This document shows positions 11,271 to 24,589 of a stretch of DNA of 64,000 nt, piece after piece. This stretch comes from Eledone cirrhosa (lineage: Eukaryota). The first letter of the stretch is position 1. The number at the start of each line of letters is the position of its first letter. The DNA lies in contig OZ024752.1 in assembly GCA_964016885.1 (NCBI GenBank), positions 9,858,001 through 9,922,000 on the forward strand, in the 5' to 3' direction. The notes below the pieces were generated by a model. That model had not been told where the DNA came from and did no database searches. It saw only the letters and a list, made by a program, of their open reading frames with translations. The position numbers and the translations under genes were made by a program.

Positions 11271-12162
11271 CTATGTCTGTCTTAAAAGTAACAGGACTGG
11301 TGTCACAAACAATTTATTTCAATTCCAAACAATAAACTACATGGTTTCCCCTTCAAAGTAATCCCTTTCGAGTCTAATGTAATTTTCCATCCTTCTCTGC
11401 TACGCCTATATGCGGTTCAGAAAGGATTCTGAGATGCCCCGCCCTCTTTCTTTATGGCCCTCTTCTTGGCCTCAATACATTCAAAACGTGTCCCTTTGGT
11501 GACTTCCTTGAGCTTGGGGAAAAGGAAAAAGGTCCCACGTAGCAAGAGCAAGTAAATAAGGAAGTTTTTCCAGTGCGCCGATATTCATCTCGGCTAGGAA
11601 CTTTAAGAGGCTTTGGACGGTGTGAGCTGGCGACCCTCCACTTGCCCAAATCATTGGTGATAATTTTCAAAATGCTATCGTGGTTCATGCACAACTCAGC
11701 TGCGATTAATCAAATAGTCGGCCGATGATCGCCATGCACCACCTACCTGACACGCTCAACTCTGGCCACAGTCCTGCTCGTTGAAGCCCTCCCTCTCCTA
11801 GGGTCGTCTTCCACGTCCTTGCGTCCCTTTACACCTTTTGTGCCACTTGAAAATCCATGAGCTCGACATCATCTCATCTTCGTACACCTACTGCATTATT
11901 CTACGTGCTTCTGACGGAGTTTTCCCCAGCAGACCAGAAACCTCAGGTTGGTATGTTGCTCTGTGCCCAACTCTCGACGGTCTAAAATTGAGTAGCTGTT
12001 AACAAAAGCATGCCAAAAAAATAAACAATGGTTGCAGAAAACTGAGATTGCAGTTACATACTCCCCGGCTATTACGAAACACGACCAGGCAACCCGCTAA
12101 TCACTTCCTTACTCATAGCTCACATAGCACACTAAGTCCTGTTAGTTTTTAGACACACCGCA
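11271..12162 (-). mobile_element. Internally deleted mariner transposon (transposase pseudogene)
   Basis: TIRs gtctgtcttaaaagtaacaggact / agtcctgttagtttttagacacacc. Minus strand gives the N-terminus (GKTPSEA..VEDDPRRGRASTS..IITNDLG) joined directly to the C-terminus (PAHT..PY....WD.FLFPKLK..RDYFEG). Confidence 0.9.
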
Positions 12163-13007
12163 TTGTATTTTTACTGAATCTTTCGTATAATTGCAACTTA
12201 TGTAATACTATATAAAATGCAAATTCCTTGTCTTTATTATTAAGTATTATATTTAAATACTGCTACTTCCTTTTTGTATAATCAATCAAACTTATGTGGA
12301 TTCTCGATTTTATTCATGGAAGTTTTATCTAAGTCGCATGAGAATATATGTAGTCAAAATTATTTAAAATAACGCATTGATGTCTTATAGATAAATACAT
12401 AAACGCAAGCAAGATATTATATGATTGTTGCTGTTTTCCTGACTCTAGTATTAAAAGTCGTCTAGCATATTTGAACACGAGCTTACAGTAAATTATATTC
12501 TCAATAGCACATTCTTTATACCTAATGCATTAATCTAAGAATTAGGAATGGAGATGTTAAACCAGGTAGGACTTTAAATCAGAAGGAAAAGAAGTTAAAA
12601 TGTAATCGAACACCACAAGGTATATAGTCTGTCTGTGCTGACTGTGGAACCAATTACATTTCATAATATAGAAGGTTAGTCATCATATTCCAACCAGCAT
12701 CACCGTTTCTCTTCGATACTTTAGAAACTGGCGCCAGCTAATGCTAGAATGTAGGATGGGGTTAGTTATATGTACGTAAGTTATTTGACAGCAATTGAAT
12801 CAATAATCTTAAAGCGAGGTAGAGCGACAATATGAAAATATCTTATTCATTGAATTCCAAAATAGTTGTACAATATTTGAATTTTGTATATATTATGATA
12901 AAGGAAATGTCACCCATAGCGCACACTGCCACACTAAGTAATGTATTTCGATATTTTAATGCTAAGATTATATATCAAATATTGCTTTGTAGATTATCGT
13001 GATAAAA

Positions 13008-13190
13008 ATAATTGTTTCTACGTTTGGCACAAGGCCAGAAATTATCCAGTGCATTACTGGTACTTTATTTTATCGACCCCGTAATGATGAAAGGCAAAGT
13101 TAACCACGGCAGGATTTGAACTCAGAATGGCAACGGCCGCAACTCTATACGTCAAAGCATAGCGTCCGACCCTCTACCGATACTGCCAAT
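13008..13190 (-). mobile_element. Nin/Deu-domain SINE
   Basis: Reverse complement of the family consensus (ggtactttattttatcgacccc..gatgaaaggcaaagtt). Confidence 0.85.
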
Positions 13191-13271
13191 GTTTCCAAAA
13201 ATATTGAACGAGTTGCCTGATAAATTTTCTCAAGTAAAGTTAATTGTGGTTGTTTGAGAATCATATATACG

Positions 13272-13368
13272 CAGGGTGTCCCAAAATTATATACACTCTT
13301 CCACAGCATTCTAATAAATATTGTCTGTACAGGTAATCAAAATGTGTATATAATTTTTTGGGACACAC
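13272..13368. mobile_element. Tc1/mariner-like MITE
   Basis: TIRs cagggtgtcccaaaa / ttttgggacacact, with TA on the right flank. Second copy at 52672. Confidence 0.7.
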
Positions 13369-13399
13369 TATACATATATATATATATAAAACAGAAATA

Positions 13400-13456
13400 A
13401 AGTGTGGTAAGATACCAGGTGGACCATAACGGACCAGAGTACTCGATACTTAGAGT
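13400..13456 (-). mobile_element. Family A fragment between TA runs
   Basis: gtggtaagataccaggtggaccataacggaccagagtactcgatactta. Confidence 0.6.
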
Positions 13457-13928
13457 ATATATATATATATTGTAGCAAAATGCGGTCTCGAACTACAACA
13501 CGGCTCCATCAGTCCACAGTAGGCAGCTGGTAAACCACAAACCTGCCCAGCTAGGCTACTTACTTAGAACGGAAGAAATAGACCCACCAGCCTGGATGTC
13601 TTGTATACTGTTGTTCTTCGCCGCCCGTCTTCATGCCGACTACTCATATCACCGACTGACTATATCGCGCCACTGACTTTTCTCGCTGCAAACCTCACAC
13701 TAACTCCCTACATTGGTAATTCCACCAGTTTAAATAGTCTACCTCAAGTAAAATGCACAAAAAAGCCCGTGCATCATGCTTCAAATTTGTCACGTGATGC
13801 ATTGTTAAATTTTCCTCGGTTCCCTTTGTAGATCTGGTAAGCAGTGTTTCGAATTCCAGTGATACCATTTGTAGCTGATGACTGACTTTACAATCTCCTT
13901 CGTAACAAAAGCACCTTGATGGCATCTA

Positions 13929-13970
<42 letters not shown>

Positions 13971-14242
13971 CACTACTACCTTGTAGCACCTACACTCGCC
14001 TGCTTCAACGCATTTACATCATAAGCTGGCGACATCTGACTTTGAGAGATATACGCCGGCCTCCCACGCATATTTGTCGTTGTACGTAAAAGGAGAGTAA
14101 GATTCACTGGCCACTACCACCTATGAGGCCGTGTCCCCATTAGTGCTTTGGAAACCACAAGCAGTCACTAATAACAGGGGTCCGAAGCTCTCCTGACCCA
14201 ATGTCATCTCCAGAGATTCTGGTATTGAGATCCAGGACTTGG

Positions 14243-14358
14243 CATTCTGAGTTCAAATCCCGCCGAGGTTACTTTGCCTTTCATCCTTACGGGGTCGATA
14301 AAATAAAGTACCAGTAATACACAGGGGGAATTGCTGGCCTTGTGCCAAAAGTAGAAAC
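14243..14358 (+). mobile_element. 5'-truncated Nin/Deu-domain SINE
   Basis: ctgagttcaaatcccgccgagg..ccttgtgccaaaagtagaaac. Confidence 0.85.
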
Positions 14359-14548
14359 CTCATCGTTGCCATGATGATATCTTTTTTTTTATCGTCACCA
14401 TTATCATTATGTGTATCTTTATCAACATCATGTTCACCACCACAATGATGATAATCATCATCATCACCATCATGATATTGATCATCCTCGTCATCATCAT
14501 CATCGTCAGCATCGTTCGCGTCATATATATTTACGTATATATAAACAT

Positions 14549-14722
14549 GTGAAGGCACATGGCTTAGTTGTTAGAGCATTGGGCTTGCAATCGAAAGGTT
14601 ATGAGTTCAATTCTCGGACCGGGTGATGTGTTGTTTCCTTGAACAAGACCCTTTATTTCACGTTGCTCCAGTTTACTCAGCTGTATAAATGAGATGATAG
14701 GACTGAGGTCCCTATCATTAAA
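14549..14722 (+). mobile_element. tRNA-derived CORE-like SINE with a 3' hairpin
   Basis: A box tggcttagttgtt, B box gagttcaattc, ccttgaacaagac..cagctgt, and hairpin tgataggac-tgag-gtccctatca. A close reverse copy lies at 63532. Confidence 0.85.
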
Positions 14723-14734
14723 TGTAGATAAGAA

Positions 14735-15560
14735 TTACCAGTGCCTGACCAGTGACACTTGCTTCATCATCCACTCACCGTCATGGGGCTTGCTCCTCGG
14801 GTGGGCTGCTATCTTTCCGATTTTACCAAGAAACGCAGCAGTTCGGAGAACAAGAGAACCTGAGATTTCGACAGCGTTCGGTAGGAGAAGGAAATGATAC
14901 GTGAATCCTCGTATTTTTTTGGGTGGTGTGGAATTTTTGAGGGAGAACTAGACGAACACGTGGTGTCACATTCTGGGGATTTACATCCGTTGAAAGGGAA
15001 GAGGTATATACTGGTCTGGGCGTTTACCATCACTACGGACTAGGCCAGCTCGCTCCAGATATGACGAGAAGTCAATGCGTTAAGGCTCCACGTGATTGTG
15101 CCGTTGAGAGTGGCGTGTCTAAGGAACCGACCTGTAGTGTAGCAGCTAGAAAGCAGATAGAGACCGAACTCGTCAGCAATGACTCTAAAACCTTACTCAT
15201 CATTTTGATAGGTAGCCGTTACCAAATTATTTGTTAGTGAGGCGGAACGGAGGTAGACGTGTCGGTGTTGATCGAAAGAAGTTTTGATCCACCAGAAGGT
15301 TGACCTGCACTTCGATGGCGTCCGTGTTACGTGTTTGATCTCACTAACGAGGTTGCGGTTGGCGGAAAGTGTCTATACGTAGGTCGACAGCGCCAGATCT
15401 GAGGTGGCGCGGTGACCAAAGCTTACATTGAAGATAAGTTAGATGATGTGATCAGCGTGAGGATGTTAAGGTGCACCACTCAGCGTGAAGACTACTAAGT
15501 GAAGGGCAAAACCTTTCTCCAGATGGAAGAACGTCGAATGCTTGTCAATCCGCCACCTCT
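14735..15560 (-). pseudogene. Degraded CRE-clade ORF C-terminus (zinc knuckle and RLE nuclease)
   Basis: Minus-strand motifs CYTTGRFLRHATLN, GLVRSDGKRPD, KKYED, AVEISG..GEWMMKQVSLV, with frameshifts. Confidence 0.8.
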
Positions 15561-15984
15561 AGCTGAATTGACTTTGTGGTAAGCAGCCATAAGTGCGCTG
15601 GTTGTCCCATAAGAGGAATATAAAAGGAGCCTGTCTTAGACACGCCTTTTGGAAGAGATGCCGTCTAACGCTGTTAAAATGTTTAGCATGTATGGTATTG
15701 TAAGAAATCAATGTATCAGAGATATTATATTTAACGCTATGATTTGAGACGAATTTTATGAGATATGGCGATGTCAGTATCTTAATTGAATGACTTAACA
15801 TGAAGCAAACTGGGGGACATCAAGAACTCAATATGTCAGAAATACAATACAATGACAAGCAAGGCTTGACATATCTATTGAAGTACATCAACAATATTTA
15901 ACGAATTAATTGTTATAATCCTCTATGAAAAATATATTATCTAAATATCTGAATATTTCTAAAACTTCCAGACATTTACTGCAT

Positions 15985-16230
15985 ACACATCGGGAGAAAA
16001 TCACTGACGTTGTTACAGAAAAATGTGTGACGAAGAATTTTGAGAAATTATATTTAACTGTTGGTCAATTAATGATAAACATTGATTGCCAGCTTAATTA
16101 TTTATAAGAATATAAAGACATAGTAAAGCGAAAGCCAAACCAAATAGTGAGCGTTTTTTATATTATTTTTGGTAACACTAGGACACCATGACCCCCCCCC
16201 CCCCCCCCAACGTAGAAGAATATATTGTTT
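15985..16230 (+). mobile_element. Old family C copy with a decayed hammerhead (16000-16045)
   Basis: atca ctgacgt t gttaca..tgtgac gaa, followed by the family C 3' sequence. Confidence 0.55.
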
Positions 16231-18424
16231 TCTCTGAAATCATAAATCTTACATCAATCCTGACTATTGTATGTTATAAAGAATTCCCATTCAACTAGAA
16301 ACAAACATAGTTTTGAGAGTAACAAAATAATTAGGTTTGATTAAAATGCACACAACTGTCTGGATATTAAAGATAGACTTTATACTGTAAGTCTCTGCAT
16401 GTCTGGAATGTTCCTCGAGGTCTCTGTCCCAGCCCTAAACAATATAATTTACAAATATTCAGATGTTTAGTTTGTCATTATATATTACACCATTCACAGA
16501 TTTCCTTAGGAAGTACTCTATTATATTAACTTCATGCCTATTTCTTATATGTACATATTATTTATGACAATTGTAAGCGGCCAGTGCTTGGGACCCCGTT
16601 TGCTCCTAATAGATGTGGAGGGCGCGAGAGACGGAGGAGATGACTGGGAATTTGGTGTACTTTTGGTGGTTTTTCCTTTTTGTGTGAAACAAAGGATACA
16701 CTAATACTACCATCACCACCCACACCGAAACAACATATTTAAACAACATGTGTAAATAAAACTAAACTCGTTTCAGATTCAATACGACGTAAACAGATTT
16801 CAATTGCACGCAAATGTCTATGAGATGCTACCAAAAAGTTTATTCAGCATCATATATGAATGTTATGTTTTACAAGATTCCTCAGACATACAAATACATT
16901 ATTTGAGATTTTATATCCGTTATCACTAATTACGTACATTCATAACATACATGGCATATATCTAGAATATTATGAAACATATTTGAAGTTTACTTATAGT
17001 AAAGAATTTGTAAGATACGGAAGAAGCTGAATGATTCGTTATAACCATGGCTGGGAGGAAATGAAAAGAAATGTAGTTCTAATAATGTATATACAATTGA
17101 AAGACTACGTCCCAGCTTATTCCACACCATTTAATCGATTTTAAAGATTTTTCAAACTATATATTCTTGTTTGTATTTATAACCTCTAAAAATATTAATA
17201 TTGAATTTATTATATATGGTTGTCCTGCTACTGCAGACATTCTGCCATAACAAACCGGGTTTGCCCTTACGTGGGGTGGGTATTTCGACCTTTATTCTCC
17301 AGTGTGTTCCTCATTAGGTTACGATGCTTGCCTGTGATTTGAGGAAGGTATTCCTGTCAGGTGAATTATGACAAAAAAAAAAAAAAAAAGCTGTTCAGTT
17401 GCCATCACATTCACCAGCTTATGTAGCTTTAGGTAAAGAATGTTGAATCCTTATATTTTCTCTTTCACTGTATCATGTGACGACGAAATGAAAGCAAGAA
17501 ATAAATCAATGCCTATACACTTTGATAAATGAATGAACTTAACTAAACTAAATAGCCTGAATAACGGAAAATTTAACAAAATAAATCATATAAATTGTAT
17601 ATAAAAAAATTCAAGAACTTCGAAAGAAACATTACAAGAAAATGCATAAAATTTCTGAATGAGAAAAATGTTTAATGTACACAAAGGATTGATGAGGAAA
17701 ATTAGAAAGCAAAGAAGGAAAATATAGAATTGATCAAGGAAATAACTATCAGATGGAATGAAACTAAAATACGTAAAATTGAGAAACAAATAAATACAAA
17801 GAAAAAAATGATATCAAATTACTCTGTTTTGGTATTTTTTGCCACAATTAATTATTTCAACATCGTTTTAAATATTCTAAAAGAAATAATAAAAATAAAG
17901 AAATAACAGATAGTTCAAGAATAGTTATGTTCTCTGAAATTGATGAAACTAGAAAATTACGTGATTATTTTCAAAGCATAATTTTTTTATAGAATGTCAA
18001 ATGCGGAATGCATTTGCGTTTCAACAAATACAATTCTCATACGAAGTTTTCATTGTAAAGTTTTCATTGAAAAAGTAATTCTTTACATCGGCTCCAAACT
18101 TAATTTTAAACAAGTCTATCTTTCTAATATATTACTTCAATGATAAGATATCCAGGTGTTATCTTTCAATGGTAAATCTAGAATATGTCGAATATATCAT
18201 TACTATGTCTAGGGATGACAATTGTTTTGTTTTGATATTGAAAATATTTCACAATGAAGATTATATTTGAATTTAGATTATTCATCATACACGATTTAAA
18301 TCATCTGATAAAGACGCACTCCATCATCCACCTTTCTAAAATATAAATCATACACAAAACACCAGCACCAACAGTTTTGCAAGACATGTCAACATGAATG
18401 GACTTGTAATTTTGATATGAGGAC

Positions 18425-18640
18425 ATTTTCTTTTCCAATTCCAACCCGCCCGTCCCCTCAATCTATCTTATTTCTCATTCTTTCTTCTGATGAAGACCCT
18501 CTTCCTGCTATATCAAGCGTTAATCTAATATATCCCTTCAATATACTGTACCGATTCTGTTGTTATTTCTGTTTACCTTTTACATACATATATATAAGCC
18601 TATTTATACTCGTGTTCCTCACAGTTTTATGCACACATTT
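18425..18640 (+). mobile_element. Family E element with the hammerhead centre deleted
   Basis: Homologous to 62760-62940 (minus strand), but ctgatgaag is joined directly to accc. Confidence 0.65.
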
Positions 18641-18684
18641 CATTACAGATTTGGATAAAATTGGGCGTTAAAGATTGTGAAATA

Positions 18685-18785
18685 ATTGTTAGAGAATTGA
18701 ATTTGCAATCATGAAGTTGCGGGTTCGATACCCGGACCAGGCATTGTGTTATGTCTGTCAGGAAGACACTTTATTTCATGCTGCT
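18685..18785 (+). mobile_element. CORE-like SINE head fragment
   Basis: gcgggttcgatacccggacc..aagacactttatttcatgctgctcc. Confidence 0.65.
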
Positions 18786-19049
18786 CCCCCCTGCCATGAG
18801 TTGCGACCAGTAGATTAAATCAGCATTGGAATGACCAAAGAAAACATTGATCATTTGTCCGGGTTGCCAGGTTGTACCCCATACGACAAGCGAATAATGT
18901 CTGGGATCTGCGTTTATATATATTAAAAGCGCACACGGCCAATACATACAAAACACTTCCGAATAGAAACACACACAACGATATACATGGGTTAAAGAAT
19001 ATAATTCTTGGCTGCAAGTATTTTGATGTAAGTGTGTCTCTGTGAAACA

Positions 19050-19465
19050 TCAGGCTGGAACACAAATGAATCAAACACCCTATGTCACTGCCTCCATCTC
19101 TTTCACTCTCCCCTTCTCACATATACACCAATTCCGAACACAAGGGAACCAAACTCCCACTGCCACTGCATCCATCTCTCCAGCTCTACCCATCTCTCAT
19201 ATATACCAGGTCGAAACACAAAGGAACCAATCTCCCACTGTCACTGCCTCCGTCTCTCTCACTCTCCTCATCTCTCATAAACACCAGGTCCGAATTCAAA
19301 GGAACCAAACACGCACTGTCACTGCATCCGTCTCTCACTACTATGAGTAAGGGGGGGGGCACGTGCTGGTCACACCGCGGCTCCGGTAGACATAACAGAG
19401 AATGTGTTTCCCCGGAGGAAAATGGGGGAGATGTGCTGAAAGAGCCATTCCAAATCGGCTAAGGC
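19050..19465 (-). mobile_element. CRE 3' end with about 4 degenerate 78-bp tandem repeats in its UTR
   Basis: 19330-19465 is homologous to 2200-2310. Units start at about 19057, 19135, 19213 and 19291 and resemble 2135-2180. Confidence 0.65.
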
Positions 19466-19707
19466 TTGTCGGCTGCTTCTGTTCCTCTGCGTTAAATGGC
19501 TTGAAGTGTGATTATATGTCACTTATAAAAGGCAATGTCTTCAGTAATTACTTCTTATGATAACATTCATGTAACACCTAACGTAAAATAAGTTTAAGTT
19601 GTGAGCATTTTCAATAACCAACAATCCGTAGCTCGTATCTTCATACACAAATGTTTATATTGTAGTCTGCGCCACCAGAATCCTCATCTGAATCTCAGCT
19701 GGTTGTT

Positions 19708-19905
19708 AATAACAGTTTCTGCTTTTGGCACAAGGCCAGCAATTATCCCAATACGTTACTGGTACTTTATTTTATCGACCCCGTAAGGATGAATGGCAAA
19801 GATTACCTCGGCGGGTTTTTGAAATCATATCATAAAGGGCCGTAACTCTTTGCTGCAAAGCATGGCGTTCGATCTTCTACCGATACTGCCAATCCACGGC
19901 CCTTC
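19708..19905 (-). mobile_element. Nin/Deu-domain SINE
   Basis: Full-length reverse copy. Confidence 0.85.
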
Positions 19906-19954
19906 AGCTGGTTATTAATAACATAATTAAATAAGTATTGATATTCTCTCTCAT

Positions 19955-22900
19955 TCATTCACTGCCTCTGTTTCTTTCGCTCCCCACATCACTCACTATT
20001 TTAAGCAAATGGGGGCCCACGCGCTGGCTGCCCCACGGCTCTGGAAGACAGAATAGAAAAAGTGCTTCTCCGAAGGATGGTGACTGAGACGCGTTGCAAG
20101 AGCCATTCTAGCTCGCGAGGTATCCAACTCCGTGCCAATGGGGGTGAGAAAGGAGGTTGTCCTAGGGTGTAATACACAAAAAGGTATCCCTCTGCTGGTA
20201 TTCAACCCCGTGTCAATGGTGTGGGAGGAGTAGGGAGGTGGCCCTAGGGTGTAGGACACAACAAGGTATCCATCCGCTGGTATTCAACTCCGTGTCGATG
20301 GGGGTGGGAAAGGAGGTGGCCCTCGGGTGTAGGACACAACAAGGTATCTATCTGCTGGTATTCAACTCCGTGTCGATGGGGTGGGAAAGGTGGTTGTCCT
20401 AGGGTGTAGGACACAACAAGGTATCTATCTGCTGGTATTCAACTCCGTGTCGATGGGGGTGGGAAAGGAGGTGGCCCTAGGGTGTAGGACACAACAAGGT
20501 ATCTATCTGCTGGTATTCAACCCCGTGTCGATGGGGGTGGGAAAGGAGGTGGCCCTAGGGTGTAGGACACAACAAGGTATCTATCCGCTGGTATTCAACT
20601 CCGTGTCGATGGGGGTGGGAAAGGAGGTGGCCCTAGGGTGTAGGACACAACAAGGTATCTATCCGCTGGTATTCAACCCCGTGTCAATGGTGTGGGAGGA
20701 GTAGGGAGGTGGTCCTAGGGTGTAGGACACAACAAGGTATCCATCCGCTGGTATTCAACTCCGTGTCGATGGGGGTGGGAAAGGAGGTGGCCCTAGGGTG
20801 TAGGACACAACAAGGTATCTATCCGCTGGTATTCAACTCCGTGTCGATGGGGGTGGGAAAGGAGGTGGCCCTAGGGTGTAGGACACAACAAGGTATCTAT
20901 CCGCTGGTATTCAACTCCGTGTCGATGGGGGTGGGAAAGGAGGTAGCCCTAGGGTGTAGGACACAACAAGGTATCCATCCGCTGGTATTCAACTCCGTGT
21001 CGATGGGGGTGGGAAAGGAGGTGGCCCTAGGGTGTAGGACACAACAAGGTATCTATCTGCTGGTATTCAACCCCGTGTCGATGGGGTGGGAAAGGAGGTG
21101 GCCCTAGGGTGTAGGACACAACAAGGTATCCATCCGCTGGTATTCAACTCCGTGTCGATGGGGGTGGGAGGAGTAGGGAGGTGGTCCTAGGGTGTAGGAC
21201 ACAACAAGGTATCTATCCGCTGGTATTCAACTCCGTGTCGATGGGGGTGGGAAAGGAGGTGGCCCTAGGGTGTAGGACACAACAAGGTATCTATCCGCTG
21301 GTATTCAACCCCGTGTCAATGGGGGTGGGAAAGGAGGTAGCCCTAGGGTGTAGGACACAACAAGGTATCTATCCGCTGGTATTCAACCCCGTGTCAATGG
21401 GGGTGGGAAAGGAGGTAGCCCTAGGGTGTAGGACACAACAAGGTATCTATCCGCTGGTATTCAACCCCGTGTCGATGGGGTGGGAAAGGAGGTGGCCCTA
21501 GGGTGTAGGACACAACAAGGTATCTATCTGCTGGTATTCAACCCCGTGTCGATGGGGTGGGAAAGGAGGTGGCCCTAGGGTGTAGGACACAACAAGGTAT
21601 CTATCTGCTGGTATTCAACCCCGTGTCGATGGGGTGGGAAAGGAGGTAGCCCTAGGGTGTAGGACACAACAAGGTATCCATCCGCTGGTATTCAACCCCG
21701 TGTCGATGGGGGTGGGAAAGGAGGTGGCCCTAGGGTGTAGGACACAACAAGGTATCTATCTGCTGGTATTCAACCCCGTGTCGATGGGGTGGGAAAGGAG
21801 GTAGCCCTAGGGTGTAGGACACAACAAGGTATCCATCCGCTGGTATTCAACCCCGTGTCGATGGGGGTGGGAAAGGAGGTGGCCCTAGGGTGTAGGACAC
21901 AACAAGGTATCTATCTGCTGGTATTCAACCCCGTGTCGATGGGGTGGGAAAGGAGGTAGCCCTAGGGTGTAGGACACAACAAGGTATCCATCCGCTGGTA
22001 TTCAACCCCGTGTCGATGGGGGTGGGAAAGGAGGTGGCCCTAGGGTGTAGGACACAACAAGGTATCTATCCGCTGGTATTCAACCCCGTGTCGATGGGGG
22101 TGGGAAAGGAGGTGGCCCTAGGGTGTAGGACACAACAAGGTATCTATCCGCTGGTATTCAACCCCGTGTCAATGGGGGTGGGAAAGGAGGTGGCCCTAGG
22201 GTGTAGGACACAACAAGGTATCTATCTGCTGGTATTCAACCCCGTGTCGATGGGGTGGGAAAGGAGGTGGCCCTAGGGTGTAGGACACAACAAGGTATCT
22301 ATCTGCTGGTATTCAACCCCGTGTCGATGGGGGTGGGAAAGGAGGTGGCCCTAGGGTGTAGGACACAACAAGGTATACATCCGCTGGTATTCAACTCCGT
22401 GTGGATGGGGTGGGAAAGGAGGTGGCCCTAGGGTGTAGGACACAACAAGGTATCTATCCGCTGGTATTCAACCCCGTGTCAATGGGGGTGGGAAAGGAGG
22501 TGGCCCTAGGGTGTAGGACACAACAAGGTATCTATCTGCTGGTATTCAACCCCGTGTCGATGGGGTGGGAAAGGAGGTGGCCCTAGGGTGTAGGACACAA
22601 CAAGGTATCTATCTGCTGGTATTCAACCCCGTGTCGATGGGGGTGGGAAAGGAGGTGGCCCTAGGGTGTAGGACACAACAAGGTATACATCCGCTGGTAT
22701 TCAACTCCGTGTGGATGGGGTGGGAAAGGAGGTGGCCCTAGGGTGTAGGACACAACAAGGTATCTATCTGCTGGTATTCAACCCCGTGTCGATGGGGGTG
22801 GGAAAGGAGGTGGCCCTAGGGTGTAGGACACAACAAGGTATACATCCGCTGGTATTCAACTCCGTGTGGATGGGGTGGGAAAGGAGGTGGCCCTAGGGTG

Positions 22901-23843
22901 TAGGACACAACAAGGTATCTATCCGCTGGTATTCAACCCCGTGTCAATGGGGGTGGGAAAGGAGGTGGCCCTAGGGTGTAGGACACAACAAGGTATCTAT
23001 CTGCTGGTATTCAACCCCGTGTCGATGGGGTGGGAAAGGAGGTGGCCCTAGGGTGTAGGACACAACAAGGTATACATCCGCTGGTATTCAACTCCGTGTG
23101 GATGGGGTGGGAAAGGAGGTGGCCCTAGGGTGTAGGACACAACAAGGTATCTATCCGCTGGTATTCAACTCCGTGTCGATGGGGGTGGGAAAGGAGGTGG
23201 CCCTAGGGTGTAGGACACAACAAGGTATCTATCCGCTGGTATTCAACTCCGTGTCGATGGGGGTGGGAAAGGAGGTTGTCCTAGGGTGTAGGACACAACA
23301 AGGTATCTATCCGCTGGTATTCAACTCCGTGTCGATGGGGGTGAGAAAGGGGGTAGCCCTAGGGTGTAGGACACAAGGTATCTATCTGCTGGTATTCAAC
23401 TCCGTGTCGATGGGGGTGGGAAAGGAGGTGGCCCTCGGGTGTAGGACACAAGGTATCTATCTGCTGGTATTCAACTCCGTGTCGATGGGGGTGGGAAAGG
23501 AGGTGGCCCTCGGGTGTAGGACACAAGGTATCTATCTGCTGGTATTCAACTCCGTGTCGATGGGGGTGGGAAAGGAGGTGGCCCTAGGGTGTAGGACACA
23601 ACAAGGTATCTATCCGCTGGTATTCAACTCCGTGTCGATGGGGGTGAGAAAGGAGGTGGCCCTCGGGTGTAGGACACAAGGTATCTATCTGCTGGTATTC
23701 AACTCCGTGTCGATGGGGGTGGGAAAAGAGGTGGGCCTAGGGTGTAGGACACCACAAGGTATCCATCTGCTGGTATTCAACTCCGAGTCGATGGGGGTGG
23801 GAAAGGAGGTGGCCCTAGGGTGTAGAACACCAGAAGTCTCCAA
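19955..23843 (-). mobile_element. CRE 3' fragment split by an internal 78-bp satellite
   Basis: Minus strand starts LETSGVL at 23843 and resumes RELEWLLQRVSVTILRR at about 20120-20065. Confidence 0.8.
20120..23830. repeat. 78-bp tandem array, about 47 copies
   Basis: Unit ggaggtggccctagggtgtaggacacaacaaggtatctatccgctggtattcaacYccgtgtcgatgggggtgggaaa, with shorter and longer variants. Confidence 0.97.
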
Positions 23844-24395
23844 TGTTCATTATAACCGAAATTTCATGGCGGATCGAAGATATTTTAATATAGCAGATGT
23901 CAATGGTTATCTATTCGAGTTAGTAAGTCTTATACATCAAATATTTATTCATAGGACATAATCGATGAGACCACTGATCACAGAAAACTAATGTAATTTG
24001 AAATACAAAATTCGATGTTTGAGACATAGATCAAAGTCATTCTTATTCAGTTCGTTAATATCTCGCCAAAAGGTGTATATTCATCGATTACTTAAATACG
24101 TGTAAATAGTCTGATATAGGATGAATCAATGTTGACAGAGCAGATGTGTTTTGCTGAGACTTCTTAATGGGTTTTTGAAGTTTACATAAAGTTGGCCCTG
24201 ATCGAGCAAAGCAATTATAGAACTTTCTTTAGTCGTCATCATGATCGTTAGAGTAGCATTATCTAAACATTTCTTTCCTCACTTAATACGGTAAGGAAGG
24301 AATGAAGGAGATGTGATTGCTATGTCCAGCAAGTTGAGAAGTTATAAAGACTCTCGCTGAATAGCTCCTTTAATTACTGGTAACGATTAAGTAAA

Positions 24396-24589
24396 ATAAT
24401 TGTTTATACTTAGAGCACAAGGCCAGCAATTATCCCAGTGCATTAGTGGTACTTTATTTTATCCACCCCATAAGGATGAAACGCAAAGCTAACCTCGCCG
24501 GGATTTGAACTCAGACCGTAAGGGGCCGTAACTCTATGCTGCAAAGCATGGCGTCCAATGCTCTACTGATACTGCCAATCGACCTCCCT
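24396..24589 (-). mobile_element. Nin/Deu-domain SINE
   Basis: Full-length reverse copy. Confidence 0.85.

Noticed and set aside
14549-14625. tRNA-like sequence (also at 55.9 and 63.7 kb)
   Set aside because: These are SINE heads running into CORE-like bodies, with no complete cloverleaf.
20381-23961. Repeat-protein-like ORFs (GVGKEVALGCRTQQG)
   Set aside because: They are antisense readings of a CRE-derived 78-bp satellite with frequent frameshifting units.
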